In this document: one piece after another, positions 51,009-62,508 of the stretch
Layout of the letters: the number at the start of each line of letters is the position of its first letter
Position numbering within the stretch: position 1 is the stretch's first letter
NCBI GenBank assembly: GCA_001662655.1
Contig: KV460206.1
Length of the DNA: 64,000 nucleotides
DNA from: Pseudogymnoascus verrucosus
Taxonomy: Eukaryota
Strand: one strand, 5' to 3'
The notes under the pieces: generated by a model
Databases searched by the model: none
What the model was told of the DNA's origin: nothing
The model's input: the letters and a program-made list of their open reading frames with translations, nothing else
Translations under genes and position numbers: made by a program

Positions 51009-52850
51009 CTAGAAAATCCACCTCAAGACCGCCCTCGCCTTCCCCTTCCACCCCACCGCCGCATCCCTATCCACCTCCCCCGGCTCGGGATGATACACAT
51101 CCGTTACCAAATCCATCTCCTTCAGCCCCACAATCTTCGTCTTCTTCAGCAGTTTCCAGCCCACAAACATGAGTGCCATGACCGGTAACTCGATATAAAA
51201 GCTCACGAAATCCACCGCATTGAACCGCGGACTGAAACAACTCCACCCTTGCACCAGAACCAGGAAACTGCATCCGATCACCACGAACCATGGGCCGTAG
51301 GGGTACGTCCAGTTCCTGAAGGTGAGGAGGTGGGTTTTTCCCTGTGCCTCCAAGCCGGCGCGGAAGCGAATCGATGCGATACCGATAGAGATCCAAGAGA
51401 GCTGATTCGATACCCCGACGATATTCTGAAGCCACGTCCACAGCTGCCCCGCCCCAATAAACGACGCCCCAAAACAAAGTCCCGATATCAAACTCGTAGC
51501 CAGGACAGCAACCCAAGGCACGCGGTTGCGGTTCAACTTCCCAAAGAACGCAGGTGCGTGCCCATTAACAGCTAACGTGAAAAGCAGCCTCGTACCCGCG
51601 AACAACGCGTGGTTCCCCGCCGAAAGGACAGAAGTCATGATCATAGCATTGATAAAGCTCCCCGCGACATTCGACCCGACCATCTGAAACACCAGCGTGA
51701 ACGGCGAGGTCGCAGAGTTCTTGGTCGACAGGTCTGGGGTGGTGTAGGCGACATCGAGGCCGATGAGGAGGATGGAGATGACGTAGAAGAGGAGGATGCG
51801 CCAGAAGACGTTTTTGATGACGCGGGGGATGTTTTTGTGCGGGGAGGCCGTCTCGCCGGCGGTGATGGCGATGGATTCTGTGCCGCCGTAGGCGAAGGAG
51901 GCGGTCACGAAGACGGAGGCGAATCCGCCGATGCCGCCGACGAAGGGGGCGCCAGGGAGACGCCAGTTTTCCCCGCCGATGTAGTGGTTGGAGGTGTTGC
52001 CGCCGGCGTTGACGGCAATCCCGAGGAAGATGAAGATCTGGGGGGGTTAGTGATGTGCTCTACTTTGTAGTTTAGTTAGTTTGAGGGGAGGCTTACGATG
52101 ATAGTGATGATTTTCAACAGACTGAGCCAGTATTCAAGCTATCAGCATATTAGTTATGATAGTTCCCGACTGATAAGAAGGGAAACTTACCTCGCCATAC
52201 GCTTTCACAGTAATGATATTAGCAAGGATGAGCACCACCCAGAAAATCAAACTCAATCCCCACCCTGGCATCGCCGTATTCCAATAACTCCAAACCAGCT
52301 ACAAAATAAAGTCAGCAACCAAATCCCTCCACCACTTCACCACTCAAAAACCCACCTGCAACGCCACCAGATCCGCCGCCGTGCTCACAGCATCATTAAA
52401 CCAATAATTCCACGTCAAAGCGAACCCAAACGCATCATCCACAAACCTGCCCGCAAACGTACAAAAGCTCCCCGCTACGGGGATGAAACTCGCCATCTCC
52501 CCCAGCGCCAACATCGTCAAAAACACAATCACTCCAATGATAATATAACAGATCAACATGCTCGCCGGCCCGCCAGTCGCCAGACTCTTGCCCGTCCCGA
52601 GGAACAAACCAGTCCCGATCGTGCCCCCAATGGCGATCATCTGCACCTGCCTCGCCGTCAGGGTGCGGTTCAGCTTATCCGCCTTGATGGGCACAATCTC
52701 ATCCTCGTAGCCGTAGGCGGGCAGGCCGTCATCGCCCAAGCTGCCTTTCTCCCCATCGACATGGCGCGGAGACTTCTTCTCGACGTCGTCGCTCGTCAAC
52801 GAAGCGGGCGCCAGGGCGATGGGCGAGGGTGAGCGGTGGTGGTGCGACAT
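51009..52850 (-). CDS. Amino-acid permease (APC superfamily, YAT family), 4 exons
   Basis: LTARQVQMIAIGGTIGTGLFLG, ALGEMA, YGE|LEYW and ASFAYGGTESIAITAGE. Three introns between 52038 and 52355 splice in frame. Confidence 0.93.
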
Positions 52851-53922
52851 CACGTGGTGTCGTGGGGGTTGGATTGGGGGTTTATTCTTTCTGCGTCTTC
52901 AGCCTCGTGAGGAGAGCGAGGTGGCGGCTGGGATGTATGACGAGTGGATGCTGCGCGCGCGGTTGGGGCCGCAGTCCGGTGCTGTAGGTTGTGCAGAAGT
53001 GTGTTTTTCAGACGGAAGAGGAGGTGATGGGCAGGGGTGGTGAGGGGGATGGGGGAGGAGGGAAATAATATAGAGCTGAGCTTGCAGAGCTTGCTACAGA
53101 GCTACAGAAGGATTTGATGAGGAAAGAAGAGGGAGAAATGACCAGCGGAATGACCGACTTGGCTGCCTCTGGGGGGGCGTCGTTGAGGGCATGATGACCT
53201 TCCGTATGCAGGACGTCGAGATCGAGTGAGAACGGGGATGCTTGACGCCAAAGGCGGGTTCTAGGGAGGGGATGCATACTGCTGATACGACGGGGAGGGG
53301 GGAGTGGCCGTTAGTTTTTCTGTTGGTGCGGATTGCGTGCTCGCAAACAGCTTTGGTAGGTTCAGCGGGGAGTTTTTAGCACTAAGTAGGGAAGGTGGGA
53401 GGGAGATGGTGGGATCGGGCGGGGTGGGTTGGTGGTTGTAGGGTAGGGTAGGGGCGATGATCCCGAGATGGGTCCGGGAGTGGTGATTTTGCCGTATTAC
53501 ATACCCGAGAGTAGGGGATGTGATTGGCTGGAATGGCATTCCAATGTTGTCATGAACGTGGCTTTTTAACGGTCTTTATGTGGGTTTTTGACGGGTTTCA
53601 GGGGTCTAAAATAGTAGGGGTGGTCGGATGAGGGAGAAATGATAGTCCGAGTGCTTATTCATCATCGAGAATGTAGGTTGTCACGTGATAACCACACCCA
53701 GCTAAACGGATATACTTTCCCCCGATAAGCGCCGCTGAATATACAACTACAAACAATACAACAACTTCCTTCCAATCCCATGCTTCCAACATCCCCCGCC
53801 CCCAAAGTCCCTTGATTCAATTGCCCTCACTAGACACTTAACTTACCCTCCCTCCCCTCTGACCGTAAAAATGTGAAATCCTTTGAAATATTGATTTGTA
53901 GAGAAGACAAAAATTATTTTCA

Positions 53923-54007
53923 AGCTCCGTCCCCAGCTCCATCTCCAGCTGCATCTTCATCTCCAGCTCCAGCGCCATGTCCAGCTCTAGCTCCATGTCC
54001 AGCTCTA
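53923..54007. repeat. Degenerate hexamer repeat (CCAGCT/CCATCT/CCATGT)
   Basis: Read directly from the sequence, just upstream of the first F-box-like gene. Confidence 0.7.
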
Positions 54008-54057
54008 TTTCAACTTGAGAACACTTGGGATCCTTTCGTTGGAAGCTCACAAACAAA

Positions 54058-55227
54058 ATGGCCGATGCTGCTATACCTGTTGAACTGGCTGATAAGGCCG
54101 TCGCTCCTATATCTCCTCACCAGGCTGCTACGTCTTATCACCAGGCTGGTGCAGCCACTGATTTGCCAACTATAGGACACTTCCGCTCCGCCTCTGAATA
54201 TAATCTCCAAACAGACAAGGTAGACGCCATTATTCGAGACGTATCCTATCATCGTGTACTCGAACGTCGATATTTCATATCATTCTCAGAGGATGAGCAT
54301 GAGCTTATTCGCATATCGATATCGACATCCTTCCAGCGGCCCTCGATCGCGAGCCTTGGGACCCTTAACCGGCTACCTTATGAGCTGTTAAGCAACATCG
54401 CCTTGTCTCTAGACATACAATCCGTTTTCACTTGTCGGCAAGTAAGCACAGGGTTGAGACAGACAATAGATTCTTTCTCAGAGTATCAGGCTATAACAAC
54501 ACACGCACTCAGCGCTCTATGCGCCTTGTTACGCACGCGGGTGCTAGCTCCTAAAGTCTCATTTTTCGACTTCCACCGTGAATTGTGTTCAAACACCTGC
54601 TTTCGCTGCGGCGAGTTTGGCGAGGTCATTTTCCTACCAACGTGGCGTCGATACTGCTCTCTGTGCATAACACATGCCCCAGAGGTTCTAATGGGACCTC
54701 TCGACGCCATCCAGAGCCGGCTAGCCCTAAGCCCGGAGGCTGCCAACCAACTTCCGGTATTTGAGACTATAAGACAAACGCATTCAGTAGACATCAACGG
54801 CGACAGCTTACCCCGCGACACACTCGTTCCAATCCAACAAGCAGTGAAACTTTCTCCAATACCACAAAGGCATAGAGACAGGAAAGCGTTGGACCTATAC
54901 CTTAGAAATTGCGAACTTTCAAAGAGTGCATCCTGTATACTGCCTTACTATAATAGACATTCTGGCAAAGCTGAATACGGACTGTCATGTTGTGGGTGCA
55001 TTCATGGACATCATACGGGGGAAGACGAGGTTTTGAAAGTATTAAATGGGGAGGTTTTTGACAGGATATATGGGGACGAGCGCTTTCTACAGCACTTCAA
55101 GTGGTTTTGGCAGGCACAGTATTTGTGGGAGTTATGTGAGAGCGTTAACGCGGTTGCTGCTGGAACCGAATCCGCCATATCTTGCAGGCGGAAACCATTT
55201 TGGACTGAGCGCAAACTTCGCTATTAG
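54058..55227 (+). CDS. F-box-like domain protein with Cys-rich C-terminal region, paralog 1, intronless
   Basis: LNRLPYELLSNIALSLDIQSVFTCRQVS (F-box-like), CFRCGEFG..FLPTWRRYCSLC, LPYY and EYGLSCCGC. Confidence 0.75.
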   Translation: MADAAIPVELADKAVAPISPHQAATSYHQAGAATDLPTIGHFRSASEYNLQTDKVDAIIRDVSYHRVLERRYFISFSEDEHELIRISISTSFQRPSIASLGTLNRLPYELLSNIALSLDIQSVFTCRQVSTGLRQTIDSFSEYQAITTHALSALCALLRTRVLAPKVSFFDFHRELCSNTCFRCGEFGEVIFLPTWRRYCSLCITHAPEVLMGPLDAIQSRLALSPEAANQLPVFETIRQTHSVDINGDSLPRDTLVPIQQAVKLSPIPQRHRDRKALDLYLRNCELSKSASCILPYYNRHSGKAEYGLSCCGCIHGHHTGEDEVLKVLNGEVFDRIYGDERFLQHFKWFWQAQYLWELCESVNAVAAGTESAISCRRKPFWTERKLRY

Positions 55228-55726
55228 GATATTTATTGCAATTCATCAACCCTACTAGGATACATATAAAATCGGCCGCATCTATAGCCTGTCGCAGCCT
55301 TTGCCGTGATACCATCGTTCTCCTCTTGTACCTCGTTCCTGCCCTCCATTCCCATGACTGTTGAGTATTAGTGCCTCAGGCCGAATTATACAGGCAGCTG
55401 CTGCCTATATATGATGGCACAGAACATCGGTTGTTTTCCCATAGTCAAGTCATACTCAATCAAGACGACTGCAATTTCTCTAACAATGACTTTGATGACA
55501 TAGGCCACCTTTTTGCATTATATCATAATTAGTTACTGCTTAAGCTTTGCGATCTTCGCGCGATTTTCACCGTGTACAGCACTATCAACACGGCACCTAT
55601 CAAAGGTCTCAGCTACCCCTCATATCCCACCCATGGGTACACCGTAACCTGGCCTCACCATATGCAAGCTTGTGACCTTGTGTGAAATATAGCTCAGTAA
55701 GCTACACTGCCTATCGGCCGTCAATA

Positions 55727-56779
55727 ATGGCCTCCGAAATGCCTCAGGAGTATCTCTTCGATGATGGCTACCAATTCTCAGAGGAACAGGCAGACGCCAT
55801 TATCCGAACCACCTCCTACCATCGTAAAGACTTCGATCTTGCCGTCATATGGTTTTCAGAACGTGAGCACCAAGGCATCCGCACGTCGATATCCACGTCA
55901 TTCCAGAGGCCGTCTACAAGCCCTGCCCCCCTCGGTCGGCTACCTCAAGAGCTGCTCAATAACATATTCTTAAGCCTTGATATGCACTCACTCATCAAAT
56001 GTCGACAAGTGGACCTACGGCTAAGACAGGCGGTAGATTCTCTCCCAGAGTATCAAGCCATATCCACTCATGCACTAAACGCTCTATGCGCCTTGTTACG
56101 CACGCGGCTTGCCCATAACGTCTCCCTCTTCGACTTTTACCAAGCACTATGCACAAAGAACTGCTCACTCTGTCGCCGGTTTGCTGGGCTCATCTTCCTC
56201 CCAACCTGGCGTCGATGCTGCTTCATATGTCTCACGCTAGGATCTACAGAGTTTCAAATGCACACGGTTCCTGCTATCCAGGAACAGTTCCCTCTAGACA
56301 CGGAGGCAATCAGCAAACTTACATCATTTGAGACATTGCCAGGGACATACTCGATGAAAGAATATGTTCAGAGAGACCGCATTACTATCGTTCCCGTTGA
56401 GCAGGCAATGCGAGCTTCCGGAGGAGATAAAGAGGCACTTCTACGACCTGGGCCACCTTGGTTTCCACAAAATCCCAAATTGGCATTCATGGCATCGTGT
56501 GCACTTCCATACTACGATAGGCAGAATAAAACGGTCGAATACGGAATTTCCTGTGCTGGGTCCCAACTTGCTATTGACAAGGGCAACGCCCGCGGTATGG
56601 CATTGAAATTTGCTTACATGGCCCGAGACTTGGTATACACGAAGGACGGATTTTTAGAGCACTTTAAAGAGTGTCGGGAGGCGCAGCTTTTGTGGAAGTC
56701 GAGCAAGGAAGGCTCTATAGAGCCGCCGGAGTTACCCCAGATAGCAAAGGATGGTGGCTACTTGAAACCTAGAGAATGA
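55727..56779 (+). CDS. F-box-like domain protein, paralog 2, intronless
   Basis: LGRLPQELLNNIFLSLDMHSLIKCRQVD and CSLCRRFAG..FLPTWRRCCFIC; colinear with paralog 1. Confidence 0.78.
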   Translation: MASEMPQEYLFDDGYQFSEEQADAIIRTTSYHRKDFDLAVIWFSEREHQGIRTSISTSFQRPSTSPAPLGRLPQELLNNIFLSLDMHSLIKCRQVDLRLRQAVDSLPEYQAISTHALNALCALLRTRLAHNVSLFDFYQALCTKNCSLCRRFAGLIFLPTWRRCCFICLTLGSTEFQMHTVPAIQEQFPLDTEAISKLTSFETLPGTYSMKEYVQRDRITIVPVEQAMRASGGDKEALLRPGPPWFPQNPKLAFMASCALPYYDRQNKTVEYGISCAGSQLAIDKGNARGMALKFAYMARDLVYTKDGFLEHFKECREAQLLWKSSKEGSIEPPELPQIAKDGGYLKPRE

Positions 56780-57103
56780 TATAAAGATATGTGAAGTTGG
56801 TCCTATATCTACCACTGTAATTGAAGTTACTCTGTCTTCTATAATCTAGCCGTCTTGATTGTAGTATTTGATCCATGTAAATACTATATATAGCCTCATT
56901 TCATCTCGCTACGGGAATTAAGAAGGCGATCTAGTTTTTATACACAGGCAACTAAAACAAAATAAAGCGGGCGGAAACCCAATACACACTAGTTAGAACT
57001 CATTTGCTCACCCATATGTTTTAGTCGTCCTGTGACAATTATCATCTTTTGGAGCCTAAGAAACCTGATCTTATATATCTACAGATTAGAACCTATAAAT
57101 TGT

Positions 57104-57290
57104 TGAGCGCCATAAGCTGCCGCTCTTCAAGATTCACAGAATGGAAAACCAGGGAAACAAACCAGCATTACAGGGCCCAAGATTTATTATCGCAACGATG
57201 GATTTATTACCACTAAACCACTGATGCTTTTCGTTGTTGACGAATTGCGTATTGCCAAATATGATGGTTTTTGCCCCGGCTGCTCGGTCT
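57104..57290 (+). repeat. Diverged direct repeat, copy 1 (downstream of the lipoxygenase)
   Basis: Shares colinear blocks CCAGGGAAA, CAGCATTA, AGGGCCCAA, GATTTAT, ACCACTGATGCTT, TTGTTGAC and GATGGTTT with 60961..61149. Confidence 0.8.
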
Positions 57291-57580
57291 GCAATTACCC
57301 TTCCCGCCGCTTTTGCAATTAAGAGTGGTTCTGGCCCTCCTCATCTTCGAGTGCTAATATGGCTGTAGTGGGGTTTGAAACGAAGGAAATGTGCAGAAGA
57401 TTTTCGAGCGGCCTGGGCAATTAGTGGGCTTGTAATCTACTATGGCGTTGTGTGATAGGAGACATGTAAATAGTAAACAATGAATCAGAAGGAACAGATA
57501 TAATTACTAGCAGACGTCAGAGAACCCACGATATCGCCAGGCAACGGTTCCTTTTCCTTGCATGCTCCTGCCTACTTAAA

Positions 57581-59750
57581 TCAAATCAAGATACTAACCG
57601 CCGTCCTCTCAGGATCTAGGACCTGGTACTTAACAGTCTTATCGTCCATCTCATCCGAATATGCCTCAAATATGCCGCCCAAAGTCACAAGGTCGTCGTA
57701 CAGCTGCAACGCCGCATCCTTGACATGGACTTGTTCCGCCCCATCAACCCCTTCCGTGCTTTTCGCCACGCTCAACGCGTACTCAAACAGCGTCTCTTGC
57801 TCGGCTACCTGCATACTTAGCAGGTATGGCAAATGTGTGGCCATTAGCCACTCCCGTGGATAGTTAACTGGGAGTGAGGCGATGAGTTCTTTTTCTGTGT
57901 ATTTATCAAGCTCCGCGATGGTCTTGGGCAGAGGCGCGTATATCGCGGGTGGCTTATTGGGAATAAAAGCCTGGTAGTAATTCTGCAGGTAATTGACAGC
58001 GGTGTGTTGGGGCGATGCGATATGGATGCACATAACGACAGCATCAACAAGCTCGTCAAACGAGTTGAGGACCGGGAAACTCTTCATGTTTCCGCTAGAC
58101 TTTCCGCGCATTTCAGAGGTCCAGGTAATGAGCGAGGAGTCGGAAGCGACGGAAGCGTCGTCGGGATAGAACAGCTTTAGGACTGAAGAGACAAATTTAT
58201 GCAGCACCTGCCACATGAGGCTGATATCTTTGCCATAGACGTAGTTCTTGAATTTGGAGTCTGTAAGATCCTTGAGAGCAAAGCCTCGGCGCTCGAGCAA
58301 TGCGGGGACATAGTTGGCTTTCCAGTCGAAATTCTCATATTCGTGGCGGATAAAGGCGTATGTTTGTGCCTCAGTGAAGCCGTTGATTTCGACGATGATG
58401 GAGGGAACAAGAGTGGAGCGAGCTCCGGCGTTGATAGTTAGTGTCTTGAGCCAATGAGGCATAAGAATCTTGTAGACTGGGTGGTCGCGTCGAAAGGAAC
58501 GGTGTGCAGCTACGATTACGACTTCTTCAACAAGATGGCAGTTGGTAAGGTGGGCGGTGATCTCGTGGCGTGTCCAGTCTGAGCTTTGGGCGCATGTTTT
58601 GGCGTAGCGCCAGGGCCAGTCGGTTCCTTCTGAATTGACAGAGTCAGAGGGTACGTAACGCTTATTAAAGATGGTTACTGAGTTCCCCATGGAACCTTTG
58701 TAGTCGATTATAATAGCTAGAGGGTGGAGCTTGCCCTCCGGGGTCAGTTGCAGTAGCGTCACTGAGGCACAGCAAAATCGTGTCCCGTCTTTGGACTTTA
58801 ACTCTGCAGCAGCAGGAGTGTCCACAGCAGCTCGGTAGTAGCTATTATCTTGCATGTAGAGTGATCCCTCTTTGATAACGTTGATCATAGCATCCTTGGA
58901 TTGGGCCTTTGCTTCCTCGATAAACTTTTCCACCCAATCGTTGCTTGCTGCTTGAATAGTCACTGGGTTGGCGCCCGTAAATGACTGCTGTGCAAAGACG
59001 GCGTCTGTGTACCAGTCGGAACGCTCTCCTATGTTTGGTTCCGTATAAATGTCTTTCTTTTCCTTCAACAAGATTCGGTTGCTACGCTCAATCGCAGCAA
59101 TTGTAGCACCCTCGGGATGATCGTGGTACCAATCCACAACCTCGTCTGGGATGACCTGAAAGAGCAAGCTCCCTGTATCTAGCAACCTAGAGAAATCAAA
59201 GAGTTGACTGAGATCTAATGCACCTCTGACCTTTCCGACAATATTTGGGGTCATATGCAAGTGGGGCGGGTAGAGATCGGACCCTGGTTCCTGGAATGTG
59301 TAGAGAAGTTTTCGCTCTTCAAAGTCTCTATCCTGAGGGACCGATGGCTCGAAACCCGCCATATCAAAATAGGACTCAAGCCTCAAGATTAGGGTTAGCA
59401 AGGTCGTGAAATATTATGAAGAACAGACTTCACCTCTTCTGGATGCGCAGAAAGACTTCTGTCATTGCCCTTGTCGTGGCACTTGCAGTAGTTCTGGGAA
59501 TTTTGGTGAGTGGAAAATGTAGAGGAGCTATCAAGCCATTGGGACCGAGCTCTACATCTTGGCGAGGTAGGATCCTATTCTGAACTAAGGAGTTCGAGAA
59601 GATGCCTTGATTGAAGTGAATGAGGGGACGACGCTCTGATGGAGCATCATGAGCAGCTTCATGTAAAGCATGATCTTTCAATATTGCATGAAGCATATTC
59701 AAGAAAGATTGGCGAATCTTATCTCGGATGGTTGATAAGAGAGATCCCAT
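57581..59750 (-). CDS. Lipoxygenase, iron type, intracellular, 2 exons
   Basis: WRYAKTC, RHEITAHLTNCHL (metal His ligands), HPVYKILMPH, INAGARSTL, QHTAVNY and C-terminal SILI (Ile carboxylate ligand). Intron at 59382..59433. No signal peptide. Confidence 0.93.
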
Positions 59751-60960
59751 TTAATTGGAAGATGAACAAATTGGACATAATCAAATAGCTTGCAAGAAAT
59801 TAGAATACTTGCGACAGCTCTATTCTTTAATACATGTCAGTCCCCAACTACCTCATGTTGCTGTGCGACTCTAAAGTCAAGAGTTTAGAAAGAAAATGGT
59901 TCATCGGCTGCAACGTCATAATTCTTTAATACAGCATAGATAAGTCCGTTGCTAAGCTAAGTAACTAATGGGCTAGAGCTTCGCTGCGTCGCTGGCTGAG
60001 TCGGCTTCATCCGTCATAGGTCACAATCTTTTACTGCCATTCATAGTAGTACAAGAACAAGTAGTTTGACGTTTTCAGTAGCAGACCCCATTAACTAGTC
60101 TGGGGACGGGGATTATGACCAGGTGAGGTGTGGACATGTTAGAGTAAGCCCTGCTTAAACTTAAGAGTGATGAGTGGATCTGTTGACCTGTCAAACTTTA
60201 ATTTGTGACGGGCGTATCTCTTAGCTTTGTACCTTCCTCTAGACTAAATCGCGAAAGTATTTATCTAACCTTGGGGTCATGATGAGGTAAGCGTTGTTAA
60301 TGGCGGAATAAGTTGTAGATCCGTCGATCTACAGATCTAGACACCTATATGTTGCTTGACATCAATCGATCGATCACCATAGGGTGCGTCATGACCGCCG
60401 GTCTAGGTTAAAAATCCAGCGAACTGCTGAGACCCCCAGGGGTTGTTGGGGATATGTACGTGTGGTACGGTGGACTGCAGCTAATTTGTAGGTGTAGTAC
60501 GGTACCTGAAATGTTAATCCCCACGTAACGCGAAAGCTGGCCACAGTACAGTATAGTAGATTCAATTGCCTTTTCGATTCTAATGATTCTACGCAGTATT
60601 TATAGGCCCGTAAGATCTTACCGTAAGCCCTAGAGCCCTGGAGTAATCTAACTGTTTCTAGCGTAGAGCCTTCACTAGCCCCGGTGAGGACCATGGTAAT
60701 CGTCCCATGGGACCACTGCCACAGTAGAGATAACTAGGCTTTTCAGGGCTAAAGGCTTGAAGTCTCTCCGTCCTCCGACTGGCATTCCCAACAGCGGTTC
60801 CTTGACAGACTAGTCATGTGAATAAATACACGGTTAAGTTTGAGAATAGTAAGGCCACCATCTCATAGCAGCTTTGGTCCATTTATGGCAGCTGGAGGCA
60901 GCCCCCACCTAAAATGCCCGCACGGGCACCCCATTTGGGAGAAACCTACGTTTAGACAGC

Positions 60961-61149
60961 TGAACGCCAGAAGTTGCTGCTTTTGAAAAATTGACGGAAT
61001 GGGAAGCCAGGGAAAATAAAACAGCATTATAGGGCCCAAATAATTTACTATAGCATCGATAGATTTATACCACTCACCACTGATGCTTCTACTTGTTGAC
61101 CAGTCCTATTTTGCCACATAAGATGGTTTGGGGCTAAGATGCTCCGTCT
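60961..61149 (+). repeat. Diverged direct repeat, copy 2 (upstream of the lipoxygenase)
   Basis: Colinear with 57104..57290. Confidence 0.8.
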
Positions 61150-61439
61150 CCCCCTGCCGCTGCTTTGGCGATGCGGCCTATCCGTGAATGTGTGGTACTA
61201 GTACTTCAACTATCGCCTTACAATTCAAGACGCTTGGGCTGCATGTTGTGCTAGGCAAAGCCACGTAGTCTGCCTTACGGCCGGGCGTGGCAGTTTCCGC
61301 CAAGTACCCATGACTGCTGTGGCTGGCACGGCTGGTTGGGTTTAGGGCGAGCTCAGCCATATTAGAACGCAAATGACAGCTCCATTAATCTCTTCCCTCC
61401 TTCACATCATCCAAATCTTAGTATTATATTACATGAACA

Positions 61440-61820
61440 ATGGCTGCCATTAGGCTTGCCGCCTTAATAATTGCTGTAATTCAGATCACTACAAGTGTGG
61501 CCACGCAGGCGTACAAATATGGCCGGTTAGTTAAGAATGCGACAAGTGACATCGGGAAGGTTCTTGACCACCTGAAGGAAGTCGAAGACAGTTCAACGAA
61601 ACTCAGGGATTTAGTTGACTAAGGAGAAATGTTAGAGAAACCCTTGAAGTCATGGCCAACATTAGTCGCCCTTAGCAGCCCTGATGGAGCCCTACAACAA
61701 TGCAATCTTGCTATGATGGCTCTTTACGCCAATTTAACGCTCGTGGAGGGGCCTATGAAGATAATTGAACTTGCCCGTTGGCCCGTAAAGAGAAAGAAGG
61801 TAGAACAGCTCTACTACTAG
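61440..61820 (+). pseudogene. HeLo-like N-terminal domain of a fungal STAND/NLR-type protein, with a premature stop and truncation
   Basis: The pattern LAALIIAVIQIT...YGRLVKNATSDIGKV...L...DGALQQC...ARWPVKRKKVEQ fits this domain class. In-frame TAA at 61620..61622 separates two same-frame ORFs, and the sequence runs into a TpA-rich relic at about 61811. Confidence 0.65.
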
Positions 61821-62508
61821 GCTAGGATACCTTACTAATATTATAGTAAAACTAGTAGATTTTACTACTCTCCTCTATGCTACTAGCTTTTATACTAGCA
61901 TCTATATCTACTAGGGTAGCTACTATAACTAGTAATAGACATCTACTAGATTAATAGAAGCTCCTACTTCTCTTAAGTCCTATAGATGCTCTAGGTTAAC
62001 ATAACCTAATCCTAGAGGATAATTACATTTACTTTTATATACTAGTAGTTAGGGTCTAGTTTAATTATCCCTAACACTCTTTAGCTTTTACTTTGTCTAA
62101 ACAGCCTTTTATTTCTATAATTTTCCTTCTTTACTACTACTATTATCTAAGATTCTAAGCTCCTACTCTAGGATAAGGATAATAGCAATATAATACTACT
62201 CCTTATAGTAGTTTAAAACACACTAACTATACTTACTAGCTAATCTACACCCTTTTAGGAGAACTATTAAGGTAATAGCCTCTACTAACATATCTAATGC
62301 TATCCTAAACAGTAGGGAAGGCACTCAACTAATAGGCCCTATAGCTATACAGCCTACGCAAGAAATGCTTTCTACAGGTCATATATAGCATACATAATTC
62401 CCTAGCATAGCACGTCCCCATACCCTTCGGGAGGTTTCTAGGGCCGCAGGTTTCACCCGCGTCCCGTAGGACGCAAATAAATATCGTCATCATCATCATC
62501 ATCATCAT
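61811..62508 (+). mobile_element. RIP-mutated repeat relic, probably the 3' end of a 5'-truncated non-LTR (LINE-like) retrotransposon
   Basis: AT-rich with a strong TpA/TAG excess and little CpA/TpG, and no long ORF. It ends in a GC-rich hairpin region (CCCTTCGGG; GCAGGT-TTC-ACCCGC), AATAAA at 62476 and a (CAT)7 tail at 62488..62508. Confidence 0.65.

Noticed and set aside
53640..53730. A few GATA motifs upstream of the amino-acid permease (AreA-type)
   Set aside because: They are too few and too short to exceed chance.
60389..60694. Minus-strand ORF with a faint ankyrin-like stretch (GASEGSTLETVRLL)
   Set aside because: It is a single weak match with no second repeat, so it cannot be supported without an HMM search.
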